Positions 37,878 through 51,630 of a stretch of DNA of 64,000 bases are shown here, piece by piece. The DNA lies in contig NW_026889750.1 in assembly GCF_033153115.1 (NCBI RefSeq), forward strand, positions 33,604,001 through 33,668,000, read 5' to 3'. This stretch comes from Saccostrea echinata (lineage: Eukaryota). The translations under genes and the position numbers were made by a program. Position 1 is the first letter of the stretch. Each line of letters starts with the position of its first letter. The notes below the pieces were generated by a model. The model saw only the letters and a program-made list of their open reading frames with translations. It did no database searches and was not told the origin of the DNA.

Positions 37878-38906
37878 AAATGTACAAGTCATAGTGCGAT
37901 GTCTCATTGCCAGTAGATAAAATGTCTGGTACGTCGCTAAATGATTGTAGTAGGCTGCAGAGCTATGTACGTCGTAGACTCCGAACAGAGGCGATTAATT
38001 TTTTTTCCAGAAGCCAGTTGTATAGTTACTAAGACCAACATTGCCAGAATGTGGTGCTTTTGATCTCTTGTGCAACGTTTATTTTTTAACTAGATTGTTT
38101 AAGTTCTAGAAAAATATACGATTTTGACTTCTTTTAATTTTAAGCATGACAGTTTTGGTAGCCTTAAGCATATGTAATTATAATTACCATGTTGGCAATT
38201 TCAAAAACAAACGCAAACTTTTGTGCCAAACAGTTTATACAATATCTAACAGGTTCTTGGTAATAAACAATACAATACATTGTATCTGCAAATTAGTCGA
38301 GGAGAAACGAGGCAATTTGTCTTTTTAAAAGATTTTTTTTAATTTTTGTCTTTTTTAAAGCATTAAACTCAAACTCCAATGGTCCCGAAGGATATACAAA
38401 GTGATTTAGTTTGAAAGTGAATGTTATGCATATATGTATGTTTTATCTGCGATCGGTTTACAGGTATTAATTACCAATCCAGTTCCTTTTTTTATTTAAT
38501 ATTTATTTTTTCAGAAAGTCAGGGATGAAATTCTTTTCATCTGCATGTTTTTAAAAAGATTTTTTTTCTCTCGGCTGAGGGGAGGGGGTCCTTATAAACT
38601 TTGTCAGTAAATCAAGTAGAAATTTTTAAATCTTTGTGTTAACTGTCCACGATGCTGATTTGTTATGGAGTATATTTTACTTTTATAATGCATAATTGTG
38701 ATAATTTATTTTGTGTGGGGTTTTTTTATATACATGTATAAATTGACTTATACATGTACATGTTTTATCAGAGAATTAAATGTTATACATCTTTGATGTT
38801 TATTGATAATAAATATATGCAAAACAGACAGTGTTTAAACTTTTTTTTAATCTTCATACACTTGAATACAAGTATGTCATCAAAAATACGGTAAATTCTT
38901 TCAAGT

Positions 38907-38974
38907 TAATATCATGTTGTAAATTTTGCATTTTCCTCCACCAAGTAAATTCAAAATTTACAACATGATATTAA
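38907..38974. repeat. Short palindromic MITE, also present as a dimer at ~31130-31265
   Basis: ttaatatcatgttgtaaattttg...caaaatttacaacatgatattaa. Confidence 0.65.
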
Positions 38975-40077
38975 TGTACATGTATTTCTAATTCACTCAT
39001 GAAAGGTTAAATTTTAAACGTTTATATAGTCTTTCATTACACTTATTTGTGAACGGATTGATAAGCTTGAATATAGGCGTTGATCATTTTAGTCGATGAG
39101 TCGGGTTTAATGCGTATTTTAACACACACACAGGATGCATATAATTTAGACTGTGTTGTCATATAAATATTCTACATGAGGCAGTTCTAAATGGATTTAA
39201 ATTCTGATCATCCTTTAGCGCCGACTCAGGCTGCCTATTATTGATGTATCAGGCCATCTCCGCTAGCCAACCTCACAAACCCTAGGACTTCATTAGAGGA
39301 TGAGAAACCCTTGGCTAGCGAAGGTGCGTGGTATCCTGAAGGTACATGTTATGTGTGCAGATGTATATTGCATTAAAAATAATAATGCATATGGTTACAC
39401 ATTAAGAATTAATTAAATATGCTGATCGATGTATCTTAAATTTATAATAAGAACATATATCTACACATGAAATTGAAAATATACCACCAATTAACTAAAT
39501 GGAAGATTGAACTTCATTATGTGTTGTCCTATTGTCTGTTACTTTATCTGTAATTATATGCTATAATTAATATATATACGGACATCAGAATGTACTATTT
39601 TAAAAATGATGGTGATAGGTTTCGATCCATGCAAATATTTTAGGTAAATGTTACTTAAGGTCAAAGAAATAATTTATAAAATTCTCTAATTATATATCAT
39701 TTATATTGACAACTTTTACCAATTTATATTTGATATTCATCCTATTCTCTAGTTTATTTGTTTCATAATCTCTCGGGTTTTTTTTTAATTGTTTCACTTC
39801 CATTGTTAAAGACGGAAACTTTAAGTGTACATTTATAATCTTTAATATTCTAATTTATTCATGTATTTATTTATTTTTAGTTGTTTTGTGTATTTTTATT
39901 TTATTTCTTTATTAATTATATTTTATTTATTGATTTTATTTTTTTTATTTATTTATTGTAATGAATTTTAAAAATGATACATTACTTTGACTCGATCTGT
40001 TCACCCCTTGTACCAGTTTGGACGCTTCCAAATTCAATTCTCATCTGTCAACTTCCGGTTTATCAGAGAAGAACAAA

Positions 40078-43000
40078 ATGGCTACCTGGAACAGAGCGAG
40101 GTATCTGCTCATATCGTCTGCGGTGTTTATTTCGATAGGTTTCCTTTTCTTTCTCATTGCTTTTTCGACACCAAATTGGTTAGAAGCCGACGATAAATAT
40201 AAATTAAAGAACGGATTTGTCAAGGTAAGCCATATCGAGGTGTACACAGGTAAACAGGAAATGACACTTACTTTGTTTATATACATTGTATGAGCATTTG
40301 CCTTTTTTTGCATCAAGGTAGTTTGTAAAAGAGAAGCTTACACTAAATTTGACAGAATTATAGAATAAGGAAAATGATTGATCAAGATCGATCGTGTTGT
40401 TATGTCTAAGTTGTCATATTTTTTTCTTCTTTAATAAACAATTGTAAATTTCTAAAGAGAATCATTTTACTCTCATTCTGAGCAAAAAGATTTTTGTAAC
40501 ATTTACGCACCTTACTACCTGTAAAATGTCTGATATTTATTACATGCAAGATTGATCATTTTCAAGCTATAATCTTGATTATTTGTAAATTCACTTTTAT
40601 TGTATGTGTACTTGATACATGTATGTTAAATATTCTTAATTTTGTATTTTTAGTTGGGTCTGTGGACAGCATGCTTCAATCACTGGACATATTTTAATGA
40701 TTACAATGGAAAGATTTATGATGGATGCTGGTGGATTTATTCATATGAATATAGACCAATCTTCCACTGGATTAATCCATGTAAGTGTCCATTAGCTGCA
40801 GAACTGTAGCTCTCTGATTGAGAAAATTCGGACAGATAAAGCAGAGAGCTAAAGATCCAAGCATTGTAAAAACTTTTGATTTAAGCCGCTGCTTTTTTTG
40901 TCGCTCACTTCAGGTGTTATTTCTTGTATTTTATGCTTTACCCGATTTAAGAATATGGTATCCGATAATAGGGCTGGGACGATATATCGAGATATCGATA
41001 ATATCGATTCTTTGTGAAGACGATACGCATATCGATACATATGATGAAATATCGAAATATTGCAAAAAAAATTCTGACTGCTGTTTTTCTTTGTTTATTT
41101 AACATTTGGGGTTTAATATATAAAATAAATAAGCAAAATATAAATATAGATATGAAATAAATAATAATTAACACCACTTGAGTAAAATATTTTTGTTTTA
41201 CAACATATAAACAACTATTTTGAATAAATTATTTTTTTTTGCAAAGAAATATTTTGTTTATTTCAATGCAAAAAAAGATTTTATAACCAATTAAACATAT
41301 CGTGATACATATCGTATCGTGGCTCAAATATCGTGATACATATCGATATAGAAAAAGTTGTATCGTCCCAGCCCTATCCGATAATAAGCCATATATTTTA
41401 CTCCTATTCTTGATACTTTAATTATTAAACCTTTCAACAGTCCCAAACAGCCCTTTATGGTTTTGGAATGTCTGTTTAAAAAAATCCCATTCCCACATCC
41501 CTGTTGAGTGTCGTGCAGAAATAAGTCTTTCAAAGAACATACACTTGTTGAAAAAAAAAAAAAAAATTCAGGAGGTTCAAATATCATGTATATTGTCAAT
41601 AAACAAGACATTAAGTCAGTAAAAAAGAAATGAGATAAATAAAACTTAGGCGTGATATTACAGGATGACACCAACATGGACATTGGAATGAATTTTTTTA
41701 ACTGATACTCCAAAACCACATACGGCCATTAGGAACCATTGGAAGTTAAATAAAGTATGAGGAATAGAAGTTAAATATATGGTTAATTAGTGGATATCAT
41801 TCTTAAAATGGGGAAAAGCATAAAATACAAGAAATAATGCCCGAAGCGAGCGACACAAAGTGGCGGCATAAATAGAAGATTTTATAAAATCACTTAACCA
41901 GATTTCTGAAGCATAAGTCAAAATTGGCATAATGCATGATTCATATATCTTAAATTGAACCTTTCCTGAGAGACTAAGATATTGTTTGGTAGTTTTTATT
42001 TGATTGTAAAATATGCATTCCTTGCTCTACTGCTAAATTTTCGCATGCATATTTCAATTTACCATTATTTTTTAGGACAACACCCAAATATTTATATTCA
42101 TCAACAAAAGCATTATAAACACTCAGAGTGGCTCCAGTCCATTCTCAAGTTTCTCTATTTCAAGTAAAAAACTCTGGCTTCCTAATTAATTATAAATACC
42201 CAAGTATGATATACATGTACAAGTAATACTGCAATTAATGTTACTTCAATTCTGCACTTAAATTCCTACTGCTAACTGGGGGTATTCAATACACTGTACG
42301 TGCTATAATTATTCTAGTTTAATACTTTCCATATCTCTTATTCATCACATAAAATATTACACATGTATGCCACCATAACTTGTAGTGAATTAATTGAATC
42401 TTCAGTGTTTCCTGTACCTTGAGATTTACTTCCATTATAAGATATGTTTTATGACCTATATACTTTTTGTAGCATGGTTCCTTTCTATACAAGTGATGAT
42501 GACCTTGACCCTGTTGGCAGAGATTGTTGTCCTCTCCCTCATCATCTTGTTCATCCTTAACATATTAAAGGGCAAGAACAGCTTCGGGGCACTCATGTCT
42601 GTGGGGGTCGCAGCAGTGGTCTGTGGTAAGAAGACAGTAATGATGAGAAAAATGGCAAAACTGAACCAAAAAAAATATTTCTAAAATTGACATTTGATAA
42701 TGAATGATATAAAAGTACTTGTTCTAAAAAAAAAAAAAAACAAGTGTAACAATTGAGTGTGATGTATTTTAAATCCATTACTTTCATGTAAGAGTGATTT
42801 TAAGATTATCTGCCTAGTTGAATAAAGGTAAGACATCAGATGTAGAACTTGCAGCATCACTTAACAATTTTAAGATTATTAGAAAAAATTATATAGTTTC
42901 TAACTAATATCTTCATCATGAAGATAAGATAGATTCTGACTTTTTTCCTCTATTTTCTCAGGTGTTGTGACAGGTATCTGCATCTTGATTTTTGGCACTA

Positions 43001-43212
43001 TGTCAGTTGTGAACAGACAGTGGATTCAGAATCCAGACAAGAATTACCTGTCCTACTCTTTTGGTCTGATGGTCATGTCTGGGTTCCTCCTTGTGTTTGG
43101 GGGGTTCTGTGCTGCGTTCTCTGCCACACAGGTTCGCTTCGACCAGAAGATGAGTCAGGAGAAACCAAGATATGGAGGACAGATCATAAAACCCGCCCAA
43201 CCAATTTATTAG
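40078..43212 (+). CDS. Claudin-like tetraspan protein C, 4 exons, 225 aa
   Basis: Exons 40078-40224, 40654-40780, 42473-42625, 42962-43212 (678 nt). Motifs FSTPNWLE..LGLWTACF..YDGCWW..NPSWFLSIQ and NPDKNYLSYSFG; C-terminus AQPIY. Confidence 0.92.
40969..41376. mobile_element. Non-autonomous hAT element (TAGGG termini), 408 bp, perfect 8-bp TSD, in claudin C intron 2
   Basis: TIR tagggctgggacgata / tatcgtcccagcccta; tccgataa at 40961-40968 and 41377-41384; subterminal atcga repeats. Confidence 0.92.
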
Positions 43213-44548
43213 TCCAGGAGTGCTCCATTTCTGACAATATCAACATTAACTTTGTAAATGGAAATATTCATTTTCTTGTTAAGAAAGTTGACCAAATATA
43301 TGTACATTGATCTGCCATTTATTTGGAGAAGGATTTTTCCCCCACAATTCCTTGTGGATTGACGTTTATGATTTACTGTACGATAACAGGACTCGTTCAT
43401 TGATATCATATACAGACAACTTCACAATTTCAATTTGTAAATATGAATTCATTACATCTGTCCATTCACCTCATTAACATCATTCATTAAATTCATGCAA
43501 TGATACTTTCATAAGTTCATGAAATGCTTTTTTTAAAGTAATTGACATTTTAAAAATTCTATCAGTCTAATAATTGAAGTGCACTCATTACTGAATTTCT
43601 CTGTTATTATGAACACATTTCAATAATTGAAAATCTTTTGGACTAGTTTATAGAGTAATGCACTACAAGGTTTAAATATAAAGGATTTTTTTTCAAAAAT
43701 CTGATATTTTTTCTAGATTCCATATTTACTTTTAACATTCATTTTTATTTCAAATTAAAAAATATTTGAATATATTATCACATTTAGCATGTCAAATTGT
43801 ATTTTGCAGCTATTTTCAATTTCCATCCATCAACCTTAACTAAGTGTATTTTTACCCTCTGTGTATAATGTATATACATATATTTTATATAGAATTTTTA
43901 CTGATCATAATGATATGTACTTGTACAATAAAAATATTTAAACAAGTAGTGATGTGTTATGCATTGTTAAATCATTATGCATGTTGTTCTAAGTAGTAAT
44001 CAAATCAAAAATGTTTTGTTTTATGTCAACGTTTATTATAAATACTAATTCAGAATACATATAATAAAAATCACGACAGGTAAATTACCCTATATAAACC
44101 CATCATGTATAAATGACAAAGAACCTTTTTTTTTAAGTAGATGGATTTTTCCATCAAAACACTATCAGTGGACGGTTTGTCTTGATCTTAGGAGTCATGA
44201 AAAGTTTTGTATTATTATATCCATATATTCATAATTTTCAATATTTTGTATTTTCGTACCACTATTTTGATGAGGACTTGACGTGACGATACGAGTTATC
44301 TCCCTTAAATCGGAGTATAATAAAATTAGGCAAATATAATTATTTGCATGTAAACAAATAGTAAAGATTAAGTTTATGATTATTTAAATTTACTTTTATT
44401 ATTACATATCAACAATTTGCCATTTTTGTGTGTGTTTCAAAACAACGACGCACCTGCAATGCTGACCACCCCTTTGATTTAAATTTGGAACACTCTCAGG
44501 TGTTGACATTCCAGGTAGATGATCTAATGGAGGCGATTTGAAAGCAAG

Positions 44549-45880
44549 ATGGCGAAGTCGTTGATCGCCTTGGGTTTTTCGATTGTGGCGTTCACCTTTA
44601 TGGTAGCGTCCTTTGCCAGTCCGTATTGGGTAGAATCATTTTCGAAGGCAGATAGTAGATTTGTAAAGGCGGGTCTCTGGGAATTTTGCTTTAATGATTA
44701 CACATTTTGGAAAGACTACAATGGAAAACGCTACAAAGGCTGTTGGTATATTTTCTCCGACCAGTATCGAGTGATTTGGGAATGGCTATCACCACGTAAG
44801 AATTTTAACATATTTGAAACATTAAGATGATATAAAACGCAAGAATCCTAAATAAAACACTCGCAAATTTGGTAACTTAATTTCTTCCGGTATTTAACTA
44901 GAGTTTTCTCTAACATCCCTAGCGAGGTTTAGGAACATATTTCAGGAGATAATAATATTCTTAAGGACATACGCAACATAGTTTTGAACTTTTTTTCTTA
45001 TTCCCAGTATAATTTAAGAGTTCCAATAATTGAAGTACCCTTTGTGTGATTATGATGCCTGGCAATTATGTACATCTCCTTTGAATTAATTATAAATTTT
45101 AGAAAATACCATCTAAAACTATATTTTTGTTCATAAAAAAAAAAAACGCAAGGATTTTCTTCATTTGATATCTGTTCAAAACGCCTGGTAATGTATGCTG
45201 ATTTTTAATCTAAGATAAAGAACATCTGATGGTGCTATGATTTTAAATTAAGGATATCTTGGAAATTATTATCAGTGGTAAAGGTAAATTATAAAGTACA
45301 TATACATGTACGTTGAATATAAACTTAATTCTAGATGGCATTGTCTTTAAAATTTGTGCATGAAAATGGAAGTATAATTTAAATTTTTATTCTTTTTTAG
45401 CCTGGTTTATAGTGTGTCAGGTCATTGCCAGTGTCTGCATCCTTTTCCAGTTTATTGCCACCATTATTCTGATTCTACTGGCCTTGAACTATTTCCCAAT
45501 ATATCTACATGAAGTTATATTAATGGGTGGCAGTTTTGTGTACTTTTTCGTTGGTAAGTTTACTGATCAAGTGACATAATTTTTCTCTTGATATTTCAAC
45601 ATATTTTATTCTGTATCAAGGAGAGAAGACATTTCACACTTTTATCTTTTTTTTTTTTTTTGCAGTTGTCTTAATTCTCATCCAGGCCATTATATTCGGA
45701 ATCAAGAAGGAGGATCGACAGTGGGTACCCCGTCCGGATCAGAATTACCTCTCTTGGGCCTATGGATTTTTTATCATCTCGGCCTTCTTCACACTATTCT
45801 CTGCCATTGCCCTAGTTATGGCTTCACGGGAATTTAAGAATAAGTTAAAACAGGATTATCCAGATAGGCGAGAATACTAA
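44549..45880 (+). CDS. Claudin-like tetraspan protein D, 3 exons, 204 aa
   Basis: Exons 44549-44795, 45401-45553, 45666-45880 (615 nt). Motifs FASPYWVE..AGLWEFCF..YKGCWY..SPPWFIVCQ and WVPRPDQNYLSWAYG; C-terminus DRREY. Confidence 0.92.
44965..45325 (-). mobile_element. Degenerate copy of the 51631-51967 Kolobok-like element in claudin D intron 1
   Basis: ttaa|ggacatacgcaac start; internal sequence is the reverse complement of 51631-51967. Confidence 0.55.
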
Positions 45881-47084
45881 CCAACAAGCATTGAAAAACT
45901 TGACTTGTAATCTCAACTATGCAAGAAAATATTGATAAGTTGGAGTGATAGTTATCCATTTCATTCTTGTATATAATATTTCATTGCCATTTTGAAGTGT
46001 GTGAATTAAATTGTATGAAAGAAATGATTTTTTTTTAAACTTCCATATCTGTTGTATACATGACTATAACATATCTCTAAAGCCCTTTTGTTAGGACTTG
46101 TACAAATATGAATGTAGTAGACAGTGTATATGCCAATTTTAAAGGGGGTGGGGATTTGCTGTCTATTTTGAATAGTAATGAAACACTTTGAAAATTTTGT
46201 GCCAGCCAAAATCCTTCAACTTGTGATTTTTAATATATAATTTTGATTGAAAAGAAAAAAAAGAGACAAAAAATGTTACTGATTTTTTTTTTACGTAAAG
46301 GAAAAGAGCCACAGTATGTATGATATTAGAATGATTGATGATATCATAACATAGTTGTAAATAACTTCATCTTTTTGTAATACCTTGTTTAATATGTAGA
46401 TATTATATTCACATTGTATTTTCAGACTCAAAATTGTTACATTTTAGATTTTTAGACACAGTGATCATGATTTATATTTATATATATTATTTTTATATTT
46501 ATCCCTTCAGTCATGAAGTTCTCCTACACATGGAAGACACATGATATGCTATTTTTATAGAATGGCAATAATTCCCAGTTTTTCAGACATTGTAATTTTA
46601 TTTTACAACATTTTTTTTTTTGAAAATGAAATCTTAATTACTTTTTAGAGTGAGTCAAGATCCTAACAGAAATGATCAATCTTTATGTATACTGATATTT
46701 CTCAATTAACAACGTTCACTGATAACATTTTAAATAAATAGATGATAAAGATATCTATAATTTACACAGAATTTATTCAGATGCCATATTTTTTATCTTG
46801 CATTTTATATTGATGTATTCCTCAGTAAAGATAATAAACAATCTTCTGCTTTATTGACTTATTAAGAAACTCTTTAAGACTTACTAAGAAACTCTTTAGG
46901 TACCCATGTTTAACGACCTTGAATCGTGCTAATTTTCATTGTTTAGTATACATCAGAGAAATCATGAGAGATAGGATACAGTAGAGAATATTTGGGGTAC
47001 TTTCTTTAAGAGGCCATTGTAATTAAGGAATATATTTGTCTCTGCTTTTTAGTGTATATGGGAATTGTGTTGTGCTCTAAAGCC

Positions 47085-48410
47085 TATTATTATCCTCAAA
47101 CGCAATTTTTAAAAAAGCAGCTGGATGCTTAATATTCGTTATATTTCAGGTCCATCTGTCTGTCACACTATATGTTTCTTCCTCAAACTAATCTTACATT
47201 TTAAGCAGTAGCCAACTCATCTTTTGGAATATGATTCGTGGTGCCTTGAACATGTTCAAGAAGATATTTGAAATTTTTATTTCTACCTTTGGGGTCAAAT
47301 GGGGGTAATAAAGTGGAGTTTTTATACGTAAACCTGGTTCCTTGAACTCCTCTTACATTTTTCACAGTAGCCCATTCATCACTGAAATATGATTGGGAGT
47401 GTCCTATAGATGTACAATAAGGTTTTGGGTTTTGATTTTCACTGTAGGGGTGATTGGTGGTCAAAAAACATTTTTCTACAAAATCCTGGTTCCACAAACT
47501 CTTAATGTTTTTGCAGTAGCTAACTCATCTTTAAGAATATGATAAGTGGTGTCCTGTAGATGTGCAATAAGGTTTTGAAATTTTCATTTTCACTCTTAGG
47601 GGCCGAAAAAAAACTTCTACAAAAACCTGATTCCCTTCACCCTACTTACATTTTTAACAGAAGCCTATTCATATTTTGAAATATGATTGAGAGTGTACTG
47701 TAGGTCACATGCAATAAGGTTTCGGAATTTCGATTTTTACCCGGAGTGGTGGTGGTGGGCGATTGCGGATTAATTAAATAAAATGACTTTTTTTAAACAA
47801 AAAACCTGGTTCCCCGAAAGCTTACATTTTTTTGCAGTAGCCAACTCTATTTTGGGATATGATTGGTGGTGTCCTGTAGATGTGCAATAAAGTTTTAGAA
47901 TTCTCATTTTCATCCTTCGTGCCGAGTGGGAGATCGAAAAACGTCGTTTTTTTCCTACAAATACTTGCTTCCCTGAACTCGTCTTACATTAATTGTTTGC
48001 ATTAGCAAATTCTTCTTTTATATGGTGAATGGTGGTGTCCTGTAGATGTGCAATAAGGTTTCAGAATTTTAATTTTCACCATGAGAGCCGTCAAATGGAG
48101 GTAAAAAAAAATGATTGTGTGTGTGTTTCCCCCCCCCCCCCAAAAAAAAAACATGGTTGTAGCCTACATTTTTCTCAGTAGCCCAATCATATTTTGGAAA
48201 GTAAGACCGGAGTGTCCTGTAGATGTGCATTTAGATTTCGGAATTTCGATTATCACACGGGGGATAATTGGGGGTCGAAAACGCAATTTTTTGTAAAATA
48301 TAGAATTGTGGCTTAAAATCTTCCTTTGTTACACAAATATGAGGGAGAGTACATTTAGAGGCAAACACCTGCGTGCGGGTATTACTGTCTTATGACAGCA
48401 TCAATCTAGT
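47085..48410 (-). mobile_element. Degenerate HINE-like element with ~160-180-bp repeats
   Basis: gtcctgtagatgtgcaataaggttt recurs at ~47401, 47551, 47871, 48037, 48214. A ctgtctgtc microsatellite lies near 47157 and the element ends ...tctagt at ~48410. Confidence 0.55.
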
Positions 48411-49535
48411 AATTTACAACCTATAGAAGGATGCAGAGAAATAGTTCAGAGGTCATACAGGAGATGCAGTTATGAAGGCATAACCCCAAATTGGTTTGTC
48501 ATAGTTATTATTAGTAAAAATAGCATATGAATCATTTGAAATTAATTTATTCTTTCAAGAATAAGTGACTCATTAGTGGGAGTGCAGTTATATTAAACAG
48601 ACAGGCAATATTATTTAGTGTATTATACCAAAGCTCCATTAGCCATGTTTACAGTTCATGTGATATGAAAGCGCGTATAAATACACGTCCTTAAATGTCC
48701 CCTTCCTTTTTTCCACTGAAGTTAATCAAGAAAACTGCTATATTTCAGCATATGTTTTACATCTTGACTTCCCTCACATATTGGTCATGTGACAACCATT
48801 TTACGAGGCTTACAATTTGAAGTTTACATTTTACTATGTATTAATTAATGCTTATGGTATGATTAGATGAGAGCCGGTAGCACAGCATACAAATTTATTA
48901 TTTAAAACTTCATTCTGTAATTCACTTCAAACTTCCTCAAATTTTGTACGCATAAAAATGTACATCCATAGTAATAAGAATTTTCAGACCATGGTCACGC
49001 TGCTTCTACGACCAATAAAGTGTCAAAATCTGGAAAGACAAACTGAAACAACCGAAACTGTTTACAATTTTATATACTTAAAATTCGTACACTTGTGACC
49101 AACATAACTCTAATAATGATCAATATTAACATGTTAGCACTATATATTAGAATCGAACTCTTTCTGTCAGAGTTGAAAGACTAGAGTTGTGCATATTCGA
49201 GTAGCAAAACAAGTAAGGGACACAATACATCACTAGATAGCACCAAGGATTTCATTTATCAACCCCTTGAGCTAAAATAAAACCGAAAACAAACTGATAT
49301 CGAAATCAGAAAACACCTCGAATTCAAAGTCAGGGGATCTTGCAGTTGTCCAATGCAATGTCAAAATATCATGCTTATAGTAAATCGAAATCCACAAGCA
49401 TGGTCGGTAAAGGACTTTTCTCACGAAAACGCGGACAAGCTTTCAGTTCCAAACAGATCCACTGGCCATTTGCATCTGGCTGCAAACACATTAAGGCTTT
49501 TTCCTCGAAATCTTTCCTGAATTGATGGATGCATC

Positions 49536-50291
49536 TTACGATCGTGCAGAGAGTGGATAGGGTGTTGGCACGTACCGATGTTCTCTTTCAGGAATATCAA
49601 AATGAACGCTACACAATCTTTCAACGATGTCTTCTACTTCATCGGAAGTGCACTTCTGCGGTGGAACCATACTCTGACGTGGGATTCTGCGAACTATGGT
49701 GGGAATCCCTTTTGATTCCGCTGGACCTTTCAATGGGTTATACTCTGATAGTCGGTCCACGATTGACTGAACCTCGTTTTCGCTGTATTTTTTCTTGTAC
49801 ACGATAGGGGGCGGTAATTTTATAAACTGTCCCCTAGACTCCGGAACTTTACACGGATCGTATGTCGACAGTCTATCCACAATACTTCTGACGTCATCGG
49901 CAGTGTACCTTGACCCAGGGGTCATAGGTGTATTTGGCTTTTGGCGCCCGACGGGCGGAAGATAAAGACTTCTAGAAAAATCCTCGGAAAAATTTGTACG
50001 ACCTCCCGGCTCGGAATTGACGACTGTGAACCGAGAAGAACCTTGAGAGACGAGTTGCCTGTATTTCTCGCGGGTTATCCGGGACTTTTGTCGTTGGCGG
50101 TGAAGAATCTGTCTAGCAAGTTCCACACTTTGTGTTTCCATGTTTTGAACTTCTTTAGGCAGTAGAGACTTCTTCACGTTTTTATGAAGGTTGAAGTACA
50201 TTCCTGTCTCAGCTTTCCTTGGAGTGACGGGTTTAAAGTGCATGTTCATCCTCGCGGAGGACCACCCTATTGGAGCTGTTGGAGCTGTCAT
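49536..50291 (-). CDS. Uncharacterised basic 251-aa protein with three internal (S/D)IV(D/E)RL repeats
   Basis: Longest ORF in the window (756 nt), GC-richer than its flanks, start context caaaATG. Three repeats: YTADDVRSIVDRLSTYDP, YSENEVQSIVDRLSEYNP, CTSDEVEDIVERLCSVH. No family recognised. Confidence 0.8.
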   Translation of the reverse strand: MTAPTAPIGWSSARMNMHFKPVTPRKAETGMYFNLHKNVKKSLLPKEVQNMETQSVELARQILHRQRQKSRITREKYRQLVSQGSSRFTVVNSEPGGRTNFSEDFSRSLYLPPVGRQKPNTPMTPGSRYTADDVRSIVDRLSTYDPCKVPESRGQFIKLPPPIVYKKKYSENEVQSIVDRLSEYNPLKGPAESKGIPTIVRRIPRQSMVPPQKCTSDEVEDIVERLCSVHFDIPEREHRYVPTPYPLSARS

Positions 50292-51177
50292 TTTGACTCC
50301 TTGTTCCGATCAACAATGTCATAAATACAAAACGTTTTTACTCCTAGACACGATGTCTTCACAGTGGTGTTTGCGTCTAAGATCTCGGAACTATCAAAAA
50401 CATGGAAAAAGACAACCAAAATTTTTAGCGTCCAGTCACTCGATTGTTTTGTCTATGTGTTAGAGATCTCGATTTCTTAAAACAAGGGACAAACAAACTA
50501 ATGCCACACAGTGATTAAACTGAAAAACATACCCAATGAAAACGATACCTAGATATTGGTGATTAGTTTCCGATTTGGAGTAATCCAAAACATTAGAACA
50601 CAATCTGCTTAAAATCTTGATCAAAATTTAATACATGTACACAAAAGCAAGATTCTGTGTAATGTATTCAGAATTAATCCATGGCAGTTTAAACTCCCAA
50701 TCATACATGGCTTTACGAATAGCCTTTCACAATGCTGTTTAAAACTGTCTTCATAATAACAATTAAATAATTTCTTAATTAATGTTCATTTCTATCGATT
50801 CTATTCAATGTATCATAAACACAAAAGAATGCACAATCTATTGGAAGCTTCATTTCCAACCATTCCTTGCCACCCCATTTCACTGACCATTTAAATCAAC
50901 ATGGCTACGTTTTATGTGAGACAATTGCAAGACTTTAAATGGCTTTTTTCGGCATATTTAATCAATGAATGACATCTAGATGATTCAAAAAAGAATGCAA
51001 GGATTATTTTAAATGTTTAATGTCAATGTGATCTATAAAACGAAGACATCACAAACCCTTTCATAAAAAAACATATTCTAGTGCCTGAGAAATTAATATA
51101 AGCTATAGTTAATTGATGCACAAGACTAGGATAGGATATTCATCAAAAGCATATTAAATATTTTATTCAAATAATTG

Positions 51178-51184
<7 letters not shown>

Positions 51185-51222
<38 letters not shown>

Positions 51223-51249
51223 CTACACGTTCCTTGTTTTATAGAAAAT

Positions 51250-51282
<33 letters not shown>
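51185..51282. repeat. (TA)n and (CT)n microsatellites
   Basis: Directly visible at ~51185-51219 and ~51253-51282. Confidence 0.9.
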
Positions 51283-51285
<3 letters not shown>

Positions 51286-51630
51286 TTTCAATTATTATCA
51301 GACTACTAAATACAAAGCTGTTAATAACTTTCCCCATTAGAAAGCATCGACTCTTTGACCTTTGTGACATTTTCCGGTACATTTTTAAAAAAAAAATATT
51401 TTTCATGTAAATTAGCAGTTTTATACATTCGAGACGACAAATATATAAGACATTTCAACTTTTCAATTTTATGAATATCGATATACAATGTACAAACTTC
51501 ATTATCATAATATTGTGAACAGCTATTTGAGTATTTTTGTGCGGATCCTTCGTATAGTGTGACAAAAACATTGTCATATACATGTATATAAACTTGCAAA
51601 TACCTATGTGCTATTATGCAGGCGATTTAA

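Noticed and set aside
39254-39327. Short relative of the 30691-31753 TIR element
   Set aside because: Both TIR tips are recognisable but there is no TSD; too degenerate to list as a confident insertion.
19853-45880. Idea that PYCR, the I84 inhibitor and the claudins form a functional osmotic/barrier gene cluster
   Set aside because: Adjacency alone in a eukaryotic genome does not show co-function; it would need conserved synteny and co-expression data that I cannot see.
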